Below are positions 8,577-17,887 of a stretch of DNA of 28,548 bases, piece by piece. Position numbers and translations under genes: made by a program. Each line of letters begins with the position of its first letter. Position 1 is the first letter of the stretch. Under the pieces are notes generated by a model. It was not told the origin of the DNA. It saw only the letters and a list, made by a program, of their open reading frames with translations, and did no database searches. The DNA is taken from positions 1 through 28,548 of IMG/VR virus record IMGVR_UViG_3300031588_000010; one strand, given 5' to 3'. The DNA comes from a virus. Its lineage: Duplodnaviria > Caudoviricetes.

Positions 8577-8673
8577 ATCACTTCCTTTTGGTTGATAAAT
8601 AAGGCCCGGCCTACTTAAGTGCGCCCCCTGGCCGGGGAGGGAGATTTCAAGGGCATAGGACCCCCACACTCAC

Positions 8674-9867
8674 TTATGCTGCTAGTTGTCTAACCATTTC
8701 TACTGATGGGGACATACGGTTAACCTCGCCGTGCTCTTTGTGATAAGTAATCATTGTGACGCGGCGCTCAGCACCGTAGCCGCTATCGGCGTGCCAAATT
8801 TCTGCAGGCGCTAAAGTGTGAAATGACTCGATGGTCACTCCGGCATCTGTTTCTATAACTTGCTTGTGATGTATGTGGCCAGTAATCCAACGCCGGAACT
8901 TTGTTCTACACCATGCTGGCGCCATTAATCTGGTCATAACACCTGACAAGCGTGTGTGATTAATTTTGTCGCCATGGTTTATGCCAATAAGGCACTTGCC
9001 AAATTCAATGAAATTAAACTTACTATCGTTGCCTAACACGGTTACTCGTGGCTCATTCTCGTAAACCACTTCTATAATCATGTTGAGGGCTACAGCCGAA
9101 TCGTTGTCGTGATTACCTCGTGCGTTAATGACACGAACTGTGTTGAATTTGGTAAGCATCTTGTCGATGCAATATCGAATTAAGCTGCCAGCAGCTCTCA
9201 TTACTTGTGAGTGCGTAGCGGAGCCGTCTTGCTTAGTACCGTTGGTAGTTTCATTACGTGAGCTGTCGAAGTGCATTAGGTCACCGACATTGATAAACCA
9301 CCCTTCTTCTGACATTGGTGCACAGTCAACGCAGTAATCAATAGCTGCTCTAATGTCTGCAGTGCCTTTTGTAAGGTCGTAATCTTCTGCAAGAGTTTGT
9401 ATGGCATGAGCTAGCATGCCTAAGTGAGCGTCACCAAAGACAATGGCTGAGGCTAGCTGATCATTTTGAGGTTTGTGTGGCTTAGCTGGTTTAGCTTTTT
9501 TAATTTCGCTAGATAAGCCTTCAATAAATTCTTTGAAAAAGTCAGCGTCTTTTTCTTCTTTTTCTCTTCGTGATTTAGTCCAGTCGGATACAACTACCAT
9601 TTGTTGTAACTCGGCGTCCCATCGTCTTTGCACGCTAGTCTCAGCGTAAAAGCCATTGGGGACGAGGCCCTGGTCTTTCATAACTCCCAGGTCTCCTCTT
9701 CTTTGAGCAGCTTTTTTTAGCCTGCTAACAATCTCCCCAACGTTCTGCCGGCTTGTTCCTAAATCTTTAGCAGTTCTGTTTTGTGAACAAGTAACGATCA
9801 GTGAGGTTACGATTTCTATTTGGCGAGGAGTCTCGCAATAGTCCATTAGCCCTGAGTAATCCGTCAT
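8674..9867 (-). CDS. HTH + calcineurin-like metallophosphoesterase
   Basis: N-terminal HTH (SQNRTAKDLGTSRQNV) and the full MPE motif set GDAH, GDLMH, GNHD, HGD, GHIHH. Confidence 0.85.
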   Translation of the reverse strand: MTDYSGLMDYCETPRQIEIVTSLIVTCSQNRTAKDLGTSRQNVGEIVSRLKKAAQRRGDLGVMKDQGLVPNGFYAETSVQRRWDAELQQMVVVSDWTKSRREKEEKDADFFKEFIEGLSSEIKKAKPAKPHKPQNDQLASAIVFGDAHLGMLAHAIQTLAEDYDLTKGTADIRAAIDYCVDCAPMSEEGWFINVGDLMHFDSSRNETTNGTKQDGSATHSQVMRAAGSLIRYCIDKMLTKFNTVRVINARGNHDNDSAVALNMIIEVVYENEPRVTVLGNDSKFNFIEFGKCLIGINHGDKINHTRLSGVMTRLMAPAWCRTKFRRWITGHIHHKQVIETDAGVTIESFHTLAPAEIWHADSGYGAERRVTMITYHKEHGEVNRMSPSVEMVRQLAA

Positions 9868-9976
9868 AAATCATGTCCGAGTAAAACTAGGAATGAATTT
9901 AACGGCCTTACAAAGGCTTTTCTGAACTATTTATTGGGCATAAACAGCACTTTTGTCCGATAGTGTCCAATGCGTC

Positions 9977-10150
9977 CTATATCGAATTTAGTACGCCTAT
10001 GAGTTCTTGCCTATCAACGCGAACAGTAATGGACTCATTATTGTTTTCATCGAGGACAGTGATTGAGGCAATGTTCTTACCGTTTTGAAGTCTGCTTATC
10101 ATTATTGTTCTATCTAATGGTTTATAGACATCTTTCAAAAGTTCGCTCAC
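9977..10150 (-). CDS. Small hypothetical protein (57 aa), missing from ORF track
   Basis: GTG start with AGGGG RBS; open to TAG at 9977. Confidence 0.55.
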   Translation of the reverse strand: MSELLKDVYKPLDRTIMISRLQNGKNIASITVLDENNNESITVRVDRQELIGVLNSI

Positions 10151-10278
10151 TAAGGCACCCCTAAGTTATTTAAATAAGTGGCCCGTTTATTCCGAGTGGG
10201 CCAGTCTCGCCGCAAAAGCAATGTCATTAACATGACGAGGTAGGAGTAAGCTCCTCATTTATTGCAGTGCAGTACCAA

Positions 10279-12921
10279 TCATTTATTAATTGCTTTGTAC
10301 TCAGTTTGGAAATCAACGCACTGCGTGCGTATTTCCGCCTGAGTACTGTTATTGGGTATTACAATTTCACTAGACCAGTCAGGCCAGAATATGGATAACT
10401 CTGCTCCTAACTTCACAGTGTCGTGTTTAAGTTCAGGCAAGTTTTGCCATTCCATACACTCGATTAAATTGGTGTTTACCCACTCCACTACTTTTATATC
10501 GTCCTTAATCAATAAGTAGATAGCATCGTGAATTAGTGCAACTGGTTTAATAAGCAATCTCCATGGAGATACCCACACCCGGCGCATAAACTCATTAGCA
10601 GCACGATTGTTTAGCAGGCCATATGACTGACCGAGAGCGTTACCCGCAGTTCTAGCTTCTGACTCTGCTTCAAACGGTGTCGCTCTATTACCTCTTATCG
10701 TCTTCTTTAGTAGAGGTGTGCGTAGGCGCAAGCCGAAGGCCACCTCAACGTAACCCGTACTACTAGCCTCCTTTAACTTATCCGCTACATACTCGTCAGA
10801 GACTGAGTACAATTCGTGATAGTTAGCTTCGATTCGCAATGCGGTCTCTACGTCCCATCCCAGGTTCTGCTGTAAACCATGGTTTGTACCTTGGTATGTC
10901 AACAGAAATGTCGGAGCTTTGCTGAGTTGTCTTACATCAGGAAATTTGTCTTTAATGGAGTTAATGGACTCCACTGTATCGACAATGCCTGGTAGCAAAT
11001 CAGGAAAGTAATTAAAAGCTCTTAGACAATGCCCATCGTAGCCATCCGTATAGACCTTCATTTTGTTTGGGTCACGGGTGGTTAACGCGGATATGTAATC
11101 TTCTAAAGAGTTGAAATCTGCACCGCAAAACATCCAGCCTTTTGGTGCTACAAAGCAGGATTTAATTAACTTGCCGTAAATAGAACCGGCAGGAATGTTC
11201 TGCAGATTAGGATTTGAGCTGCTTAAGCGACCTGATTTGGTGCCGCCTAAATTAAAAGAACCATGAAGCCAGACACAATCGTCTCCTTTGTCGATAGCCG
11301 CTTCAAAAGCGGGTATGAACGCAGTAAGGATTTTATTAGCAGTTGTGTGTTTAACCAGGGCTTCTAACACAGCTATGTAATCTGGATTAGTAGTGTGATT
11401 AAGCAGTATCTCTAAATGCTTACTTTTAGTTGAAGGCTGTTTGCCTTTAGTGCGGTTAAGAATAGGTAAGCCCATTTCCTCATAAATAAGCTTTACTTTT
11501 TGAAGGCCGCTGTTGGGATTAAACCCTACATATGCCCTGTCACTTTTATCCGCAAATTTAGCAATTGGGTGCTGCTTAGTTTTGAGCTTTTGATTAGCCT
11601 TATCCATAGTTTCTTTGCGCAGCTTGTGTATGACTTTTTCAATCACTGGCGCTTGTTCTAAGATTGTTTCTTGATCAGCAACTATGTCTTCTAGCTTTTT
11701 CTTAGCCAGCTGAACTCGTTCAGGACTAAGCGCCATGCCAGACAGTTCTATCTGTATGATCGTTACCTGGCTAGGCAGCATGACATTGAAATACACGCCT
11801 TCCTGATCGTCAGCTACCATTGTTGGATAATATTTATCGAACGCGTAATTGGTAGATAAGCCATCAATTAAGTTGTATTCAAGAAGCTGCGTTAACGCTA
11901 TGCGTCTGACGTCTTTAATATCCTCATTGGCCCAATTGCCTGCAAACTCGTGAGCTAACTTCTTCAGCCCGAGCTCGTTGCCCGCTGTAGTGTTAGTGGC
12001 TAAGTACGCAATGATTTTTGTGTCGTGATACTTACGGGTCATTACTTCTATGCCTTTAAGCAAACCAGCTGTATCAAGGAGGTTGTCCATCCACAGCTCG
12101 TAAATAAGAATACTTAAATCATAGTTTGAGTTATGCCAGATTAACGCGCCTTTATATTCCTCAAAGAAACCTTTTAAAAGTTCTCTGATGTCTGCTTGCG
12201 GAACCAAGTGTCCGTAAAATCCCTGGTCATCTTGTCCATTGGGATGGGCAACATAATCGCATGCGAAAGCCAATCCTTCATGCTGGTTCCAACAGAAGGT
12301 GATGGTAGCAATCCCTGCTTTATCAAAGTCCAAGGAGGCTGTTTCGATATCAGCAGATAATCTGTCATATTGGTGTAATGAAGCGAGGGCAGCTTTGATT
12401 TCTGCAGGTCCGCTTGGGTACAGTGCGCCTTTGATGATTCCAATGCCTAATCCTTGATATTGCCCATTAATAATGTCGACCAATGTGTCAATTGACAGCA
12501 ATAACTTGGGTTCATTGGCAGGGTTATAAATAAGCGATTTATGGTTAACGCCTAATGTGACGTCGAGATACTCGTAATCTTTTATTTGGCATTTAAGTGA
12601 GTACCCTAAATGCGGTTCAGCTTTGATGCTTTTTGTGATGACTTTAAAATAGCTAGCGTCAGCACAATAAATATACTTTGCTCCTATACTGCCTAAAGCT
12701 GGCATTAACTTTTCTAGCTCTTCTTTTACAAACCCAGCTGGGGCTTTGCCTTTGTCGTTGTAATTCAACGCAAAAACAATAATGTCTTCTCTGTGTACGC
12801 CTCTACTTTCAAAGTTTTTAATGTAAGTGTTTTCTATTTCTTTGATATTAAAAGCAGCGGCTTTAACTAGTATTGCAATTGGATAATTTTCAGTAGCAGT
12901 AGAAAAGACATGATGACGCAT
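10279..12921 (-). CDS. Family A DNA polymerase, N4-like, with 3'-5' exonuclease
   Basis: Exo motifs ADIET, HNSNYD, YNLID; T.SGRLSSSNPNLQN; Pol motifs A (DFNSLE), B (RQLSKAPTFLLTY) and C (IHDA). Confidence 0.97.
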   Translation of the reverse strand: MRHHVFSTATENYPIAILVKAAAFNIKEIENTYIKNFESRGVHREDIIVFALNYNDKGKAPAGFVKEELEKLMPALGSIGAKYIYCADASYFKVITKSIKAEPHLGYSLKCQIKDYEYLDVTLGVNHKSLIYNPANEPKLLLSIDTLVDIINGQYQGLGIGIIKGALYPSGPAEIKAALASLHQYDRLSADIETASLDFDKAGIATITFCWNQHEGLAFACDYVAHPNGQDDQGFYGHLVPQADIRELLKGFFEEYKGALIWHNSNYDLSILIYELWMDNLLDTAGLLKGIEVMTRKYHDTKIIAYLATNTTAGNELGLKKLAHEFAGNWANEDIKDVRRIALTQLLEYNLIDGLSTNYAFDKYYPTMVADDQEGVYFNVMLPSQVTIIQIELSGMALSPERVQLAKKKLEDIVADQETILEQAPVIEKVIHKLRKETMDKANQKLKTKQHPIAKFADKSDRAYVGFNPNSGLQKVKLIYEEMGLPILNRTKGKQPSTKSKHLEILLNHTTNPDYIAVLEALVKHTTANKILTAFIPAFEAAIDKGDDCVWLHGSFNLGGTKSGRLSSSNPNLQNIPAGSIYGKLIKSCFVAPKGWMFCGADFNSLEDYISALTTRDPNKMKVYTDGYDGHCLRAFNYFPDLLPGIVDTVESINSIKDKFPDVRQLSKAPTFLLTYQGTNHGLQQNLGWDVETALRIEANYHELYSVSDEYVADKLKEASSTGYVEVAFGLRLRTPLLKKTIRGNRATPFEAESEARTAGNALGQSYGLLNNRAANEFMRRVWVSPWRLLIKPVALIHDAIYLLIKDDIKVVEWVNTNLIECMEWQNLPELKHDTVKLGAELSIFWPDWSSEIVIPNNSTQAEIRTQCVDFQTEYKAINK

Positions 12922-12931
12922 ATAAAACTCA

Positions 12932-13450
12932 CTATGGGGCGTTAATAAGGTTCATTGTGAGACGGGTTTTAACCAGCTCAAGATACTTAGCATTGTCGTG
13001 CTTAAACTGAGCAATTTCTGGTTCAGTTAACGTTCCTTCTCCTTGCTCACAGCTGTGGCTGAACTGCTTAATGACAGAATGCAAATGTGTAGGCGTTAGC
13101 TTCGCGTAATCGGCAGCACAGTGAGAGGAAGTAACTACCCGCTGTAAGAAGCCTTTAACTACGCATTTTTCTGCGTCAGTTTCTTCAGTGAAAGAAAGAT
13201 ATTCTTTAACGTCTTCTCTTATAGTGGGAGACAGGGTATTTATTGGGGAAGGAAAAGCTCCAGTGAAATCAGATGTTGTAAATACTGTTTTTCTAAAACT
13301 GAACATCTGCTGGTTATTGCCGTGCAATTCTGAGTTGTCTTGGATAAGTTTGTTTATCGTTTTATTGCCGTAAAGAGTTGATGACCGGTAAAGTTTTCTT
13401 ACCAGCGCATCTATTAATTCAATACGGGCATTTGGCTCTATGTTAGCCAT
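12932..13450 (-). CDS. Hypothetical protein between helicase and DNA polymerase
   Basis: 172 aa with AGGAG RBS; a similar-sized gene occupies this position in N4-like phages. Confidence 0.75.
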   Translation of the reverse strand: MANIEPNARIELIDALVRKLYRSSTLYGNKTINKLIQDNSELHGNNQQMFSFRKTVFTTSDFTGAFPSPINTLSPTIREDVKEYLSFTEETDAEKCVVKGFLQRVVTSSHCAADYAKLTPTHLHSVIKQFSHSCEQGEGTLTEPEIAQFKHDNAKYLELVKTRLTMNLINAP

Positions 13451-13468
13451 AAATATTCTCCCTGTTTG

Positions 13469-14719
13469 TCACCCTAAATCTCCAGTCATGATGACTTGGT
13501 CGCTAGCTCTGCTTACCGCGACATACATAAGGCGTGCAATGAGTGCACCCTGATTGCATTTTTTAACGTCATCGAGGTCTATGAAAACTTGCTTATAGGT
13601 GGAACCCTGGGATTTATTAATAGTGCAGGCGTAAGCTGCCCTAAGGTCTACCCAGTTTGTGTCGATGTGATTACACGCACTCCAGTCTTCTTCTTTCTTA
13701 GCTTGTTTAAGTCTAATTTTAAACGCTAAAAATGATTCGGGCATAAAAGCAGTGTGTTTTTTATTGAGTTCTACAGTCCACCCGTTAACACCAAGGTCTC
13801 CGCTGGGCATCATGTCGGTGATCTGAACTGTCTCATCTGTCTTAATTTTGCATTTTTTTGTGCTAATAAAATTATTACAAACGACATAGTCCATAACCTG
13901 TATCTGAGCTTCTCCTTCTACATAATCTCTAATTGCCTGGTTAAACTCGATAACGGCTTTGTTAGTCCAAGCGAGAACTTTAGAGTCATTGGATACCCAG
14001 TCAGACCTGTCAAACTCTGCGCAAATTAAGTCTTCAAACTCATCTCTAGGACAATGCTTAACATTTGTGCCGTCAGGTATGAAATCGGATATCCATGGCG
14101 CTCCGTTAACAGTGTTACGAAACGATGTGGCAAGGTTAATAATAGGATTACCTTTTAATTGCCGCACTACTTCTGTCAGCTTTACTGTTTTATAGCCTTG
14201 ATTGAATACTGGCGTAGCGTTAGCTTTAACAGGCGTTAGCTGAGCTGGGTCACCAATAAAGACTAGTTTGCAGTTTAATGTGCTCTCAAATATGTTCTCT
14301 AAAAGGCTTTCGTCTATTGTGCTGGCTTCATCAATAATAATGAGCGTGTTGTGTTTAATCTCTGCCCCGCCATGTGGCACTAACTTTGTTGTGCCTGACT
14401 TAGCGTTTTTAACTACGCGTAATCCAAGGTAAGCGTGAATAGTCTTAACTTCACTGCCAGTAATGCTAGCTAAAGCTTCAGCTGCTTTGTGCGTGGTAGC
14501 AGTTAGCTGTACTTCCATACTTTCATCTTTTGCAGTGATGAGTTTAAGCAGCCGCATAGTAGAAGGTAGCGTGTCTAGAATATGCTTGATCAAGGTAGAT
14601 TTACCTGTTCCAGCATAGCCAGTTAACACTAAAACCTCTTGGTCAGGATCTGTAACAAAATCAGTAAAGACTCTGTAAGCAGCGTCCTGCCCTTCAGTTA
14701 ACTTAAATGCAGCGCCCAT
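13469..14719 (-). CDS. SF1B (Dda/RecD-like) DNA helicase
   Basis: GYAGTGKS, IDEAS, GDPAQL, VVRQ, YACTINKSQGSTY, YVAVSRA. Confidence 0.95.
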   Translation of the reverse strand: MGAAFKLTEGQDAAYRVFTDFVTDPDQEVLVLTGYAGTGKSTLIKHILDTLPSTMRLLKLITAKDESMEVQLTATTHKAAEALASITGSEVKTIHAYLGLRVVKNAKSGTTKLVPHGGAEIKHNTLIIIDEASTIDESLLENIFESTLNCKLVFIGDPAQLTPVKANATPVFNQGYKTVKLTEVVRQLKGNPIINLATSFRNTVNGAPWISDFIPDGTNVKHCPRDEFEDLICAEFDRSDWVSNDSKVLAWTNKAVIEFNQAIRDYVEGEAQIQVMDYVVCNNFISTKKCKIKTDETVQITDMMPSGDLGVNGWTVELNKKHTAFMPESFLAFKIRLKQAKKEEDWSACNHIDTNWVDLRAAYACTINKSQGSTYKQVFIDLDDVKKCNQGALIARLMYVAVSRASDQVIMTGDLG

Positions 14720-14730
14720 AGTGTTGCTCC

Positions 14731-15909
14731 TTATTGCGGGTCGAATTCAAAATGTATAACTTTGCCAAAAGGCGCCGTCCAAGTTGGGTTGCCATGAATG
14801 ATCCATAAGATTGGCGTTTTAGGTTTCAAGGTAGGAAAGTGGAAATACCCATCTGTGAAGATAACGGCTACTACTGGTTTATTTTCAATAATCCATTTAA
14901 GTACCGGAGCTATCTGAGTGCCGCCTTTTCCCGTGAAATTAACTTTTTGTAAGTCTTTTACGGATTTTAATGGATCGTTAGTTTTTATTTGCGTATCAAA
15001 TTGAATGAAATCAACTGTTTCTGGTCGTAGCGTTTTCATAAAACACGCTGTTTCAGAAACCATATGATTAAATTCATCGTCAGTAACTGAGCCAGATGAA
15101 TCTACAATAAATGCACACCTATCCATTTTTTCTTCATGGCTAGACGGCATTATGTGATCTGGGAAATAGCGTCGATTTGGCTTAGAAAAAGTGTAGACGC
15201 CTTTATCGAACTTACGAGCGTAAGCACCCATATAACGGTGCCAGGGTATTTTAGGTTTAAGCAGTTCGTCTACATAACGTTGTACATCACCTGGGACAGA
15301 GCCTGGTGTGTCTCCTGCCATTTTACTTTGCATAGCAGCTTGAACAAGGATCATGTCCAACTCAGCTTTTATAGCGGCAGCTTCTTCTGGCGTAGCTGGT
15401 TTTTTTAAATCTGGACCTATGGCTGTTGAGCCTACTTCACCAAATGCGCCTTGTTGAGGCTGAGGTTGGTTTTGCTGCTCTTGTTCGTATACATCATAAA
15501 TTTGCTCAGTAGACATACCTATAAACCGAGCGTCACATAGCCAGTCATCTGGAATTACAAAACCAATAGCTTTGGCTATGTTGTTTATTACTTGGTCGCC
15601 TGCCCAGTTCCACCACAAAAAGTTTCTGTCTCCACATCTACCGGCGTGGTCTAGCCACACATGGCCGACTTCGTGAAAGACGACACTTGCTCTTACGTCT
15701 GCAACTAAGCCCCAAAAAAAGTCGGGGTTATAAGCGCATAGTCTTCCATTCGTCCAAGCTGTGTCGCAGTCGTTGTCCCATATGTGTTGCATAGAAAGAC
15801 AGACAGTTGCAAAAAACGTGCAGTCATCTCTACCTAAGACGTCTACTTTGGCAACACTCAGTGCTTTGTTGACGGCTTCTACTAGAGCCTTCTGCTGTGG
15901 AGTTTTCAT
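14731..15909 (-). CDS. Metallopeptidase-like (HExxH) + vWA domain protein (N4 gp25-like)
   Basis: TAWTNG, HEVGH, WN.A.D..IN; MIDAS DSSGS, GGT, FTDG. Confidence 0.9.
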   Translation of the reverse strand: MKTPQQKALVEAVNKALSVAKVDVLGRDDCTFFATVCLSMQHIWDNDCDTAWTNGRLCAYNPDFFWGLVADVRASVVFHEVGHVWLDHAGRCGDRNFLWWNWAGDQVINNIAKAIGFVIPDDWLCDARFIGMSTEQIYDVYEQEQQNQPQPQQGAFGEVGSTAIGPDLKKPATPEEAAAIKAELDMILVQAAMQSKMAGDTPGSVPGDVQRYVDELLKPKIPWHRYMGAYARKFDKGVYTFSKPNRRYFPDHIMPSSHEEKMDRCAFIVDSSGSVTDDEFNHMVSETACFMKTLRPETVDFIQFDTQIKTNDPLKSVKDLQKVNFTGKGGTQIAPVLKWIIENKPVVAVIFTDGYFHFPTLKPKTPILWIIHGNPTWTAPFGKVIHFEFDPQ

Positions 15910-16976
15910 GCGGCAAACATCTCTGTGTTGTTATCTGCGATCCAGTCTTTAATAGACTGCGTGCGTATCAACTTTGGGTTGTTAGCATTTATTGAGCGCA
16001 TAGTTATTACCTGATATTCCTGAGCCATTCTGCGTACGAAAGTTATAAGTGCAGCTGCATTAGCTTCTTTGATACCGTGACCAATAACGCCACTTAAGGC
16101 GTATAGCGTGCCTGGTGCGGTGGGCATTGTTGTTGTGGTAGGTGCGTCTTGCATATTTTTAATGGTAGGCAAGTCTTTAAATATCCTTAAATAACCAAGA
16201 AACTCAGTTGCTTTACCTTCACCAATAATCCCAGAGAGGGTTTCTAACGCTAATGGGCCTCTTGGATCAAAAGCTGGTTTGATAACCTGTCCTGTTGCAC
16301 TTAGTTTTGGCATCAATACTTTACTGACCATGTCCCAGGTTCGTTCACACGCGTAGGTGGGTTCATCTCCCTGGTTCTCGGGGTCAAAAGTATTAAGGTT
16401 TTGTGGGTTCCAGCTAACGAAAGACTTAATTTCATGTGCTATTTCTGTAGTGTCTGCCCAAGATAACCAGTCAGGAGCAGAAGAATGCACTTGGATGTGC
16501 ACTAAGCGTGATTGAAGTGCTGAAGAGAGCTCTTCTACTAAAGCATTATCAGTCTCGTTATTACCGGCGGCTATCATGATTACTTTTTTATGTATATTTG
16601 CCTGCCCTACTTGCTTATCTAGAAACACTTTGTAACTGGCTTTTTGTGTACCTCTGTCTGCACCGTTTAGCTCATCAAAGAACAAACACCAGCCTGAATA
16701 GCCTTCTGGTATTGGGTCTCCTTCTAAAGGAAACATGCTCATCGGCACGTAGTAGGCTTTATTCTTTTCTTTATCAATCGCAGGAAACCCTGAAAGATCA
16801 GTCGGGTCACATTGAGCTAGCCTTATATCAACAAGGTATAACTTACGGTTGTTAGCAAATTCTTTGACAGCTGCGCTTTTGCCTATGCCTGGTGCGCCTT
16901 TAAGAAAAGGTACTAAGCCAGCTAGACAATACGTGTCCATGATTTTCCCGGCATCGGGTATAGATACTGATCTCAT
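15906..16976 (-). CDS. MoxR-like AAA+ ATPase (N4 gp24-like)
   Basis: Walker A GAPGIGKS, D..DLSGFP, Walker B LFFDELN, AAGN, ALQSR; ATGA-coupled to the vWA gene. Confidence 0.92.
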   Translation of the reverse strand: MRSVSIPDAGKIMDTYCLAGLVPFLKGAPGIGKSAAVKEFANNRKLYLVDIRLAQCDPTDLSGFPAIDKEKNKAYYVPMSMFPLEGDPIPEGYSGWCLFFDELNGADRGTQKASYKVFLDKQVGQANIHKKVIMIAAGNNETDNALVEELSSALQSRLVHIQVHSSAPDWLSWADTTEIAHEIKSFVSWNPQNLNTFDPENQGDEPTYACERTWDMVSKVLMPKLSATGQVIKPAFDPRGPLALETLSGIIGEGKATEFLGYLRIFKDLPTIKNMQDAPTTTTMPTAPGTLYALSGVIGHGIKEANAAALITFVRRMAQEYQVITMRSINANNPKLIRTQSIKDWIADNNTEMFAA

Positions 16977-17164
16977 TGAAGACCTCCTGGGTTATTAATG
17001 TCGTCCGCTATCATTTGCTTAATTTCAGCAGTTTGTTGCCTGTCACGGAGGGACACTATTAAATTAATGTCGTGTGATTTAGCTTTGGCTGAGGGCGTTT
17101 GTTCGTTTTTATCTAAAAACTTAATAGGCCCTAGCTCAGGGTGGTTAAATATTTGAGTGAGCAT
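16973..17164 (-). CDS. Hypothetical protein
   Basis: 63 aa; ATGA-coupled to the ATPase. Confidence 0.55.
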   Translation of the reverse strand: MLTQIFNHPELGPIKFLDKNEQTPSAKAKSHDINLIVSLRDRQQTAEIKQMIADDINNPGGLQ

Positions 17165-17336
17165 TAATGCTGCTCCATTTTGTTCTGATCCATTGATCAG
17201 CTCCCTCTATACCTGTGTCGTTGTCGTTATTTTGCTTTTTTGCTTTATTTTCTTTTACTTTTTGCTCAGCAGTGCGTTTCTTTCTACTTTTACCATTTGC
17301 GGTCCCACTCATAATCTTCTTGCTCCCCATAGGCAT
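17145..17336 (-). CDS. Small basic hypothetical protein
   Basis: Lys-rich ORF; start may be ATG near 17312. Confidence 0.45.
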   Translation of the reverse strand: MPMGSKKIMSGTANGKSRKKRTAEQKVKENKAKKQNNDNDTGIEGADQWIRTKWSSINAHSNI

Positions 17337-17431
17337 AAAACTCGCGTTTTAACTCTTGCACGATTTGATCTCCTTTATTAGTTGCCCGCTTGTTACGAAG
17401 ACACACAGCAATTCGATAGTGCTAAAAAAAG

Positions 17432-17683
17432 TCATAGCATTTTCTGTGTGCTGCGGGCTTCTCCGATTTCAGTAATATCCGCCTTTTCGATTTCCTCTTT
17501 TTTAGGACGCTCTGCTAAGACGGTTATTTGTTTATTGGTCCGTTCGTGCACTCCGTATAACTGTGCCCACAGCTCTGGCGTCATTTTTCCTTCTGTAACT
17601 AGGTTTGCAGTAAACTTGTTGAAATCTCTTAGGAGCTGAACGGTGTTTCTGATTGATCTTCGCTTTCGTAGTCCGTGGGTCAC
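17432..17683 (-). CDS. Hypothetical protein
   Basis: GTGA coupling with the upstream gene; AAGGAG RBS. Confidence 0.6.
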   Translation of the reverse strand: MTHGLRKRRSIRNTVQLLRDFNKFTANLVTEGKMTPELWAQLYGVHERTNKQITVLAERPKKEEIEKADITEIGEARSTQKML

Positions 17684-17874
17684 CAGTCGTACTCCTTGTC
17701 GTACTCAAGCTCTTCTATGCTCAACATCTCTTCTTGGTAGTTTTCTAGCTGATCTACTTCGTGCGTAATGTTGAAATATTCGTGGGCTTCTTCTTCTGCT
17801 GTGTCTTTGTCTTTAGCATTTACTATTATTGCTTTAGTAACTGTTGCTCGGATGACTACTTCGTAGGTTTTCAC
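17680..17874 (-). CDS. Small acidic protein (KTYEVVIRATVTKAIIVNA...AEEEA)
   Basis: GAGGAG RBS before GTG at 17874; resembles common small phage V.A....A.E.A proteins. Confidence 0.65.
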   Translation of the reverse strand: MKTYEVVIRATVTKAIIVNAKDKDTAEEEAHEYFNITHEVDQLENYQEEMLSIEELEYDKEYDW

Positions 17875-17887
17875 GATTCGCGCTCCT

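Noticed and set aside
14731-16976. AAA + vWA pair as a novel system
   Set aside because: Standard conserved gene pair in N4-like phages.
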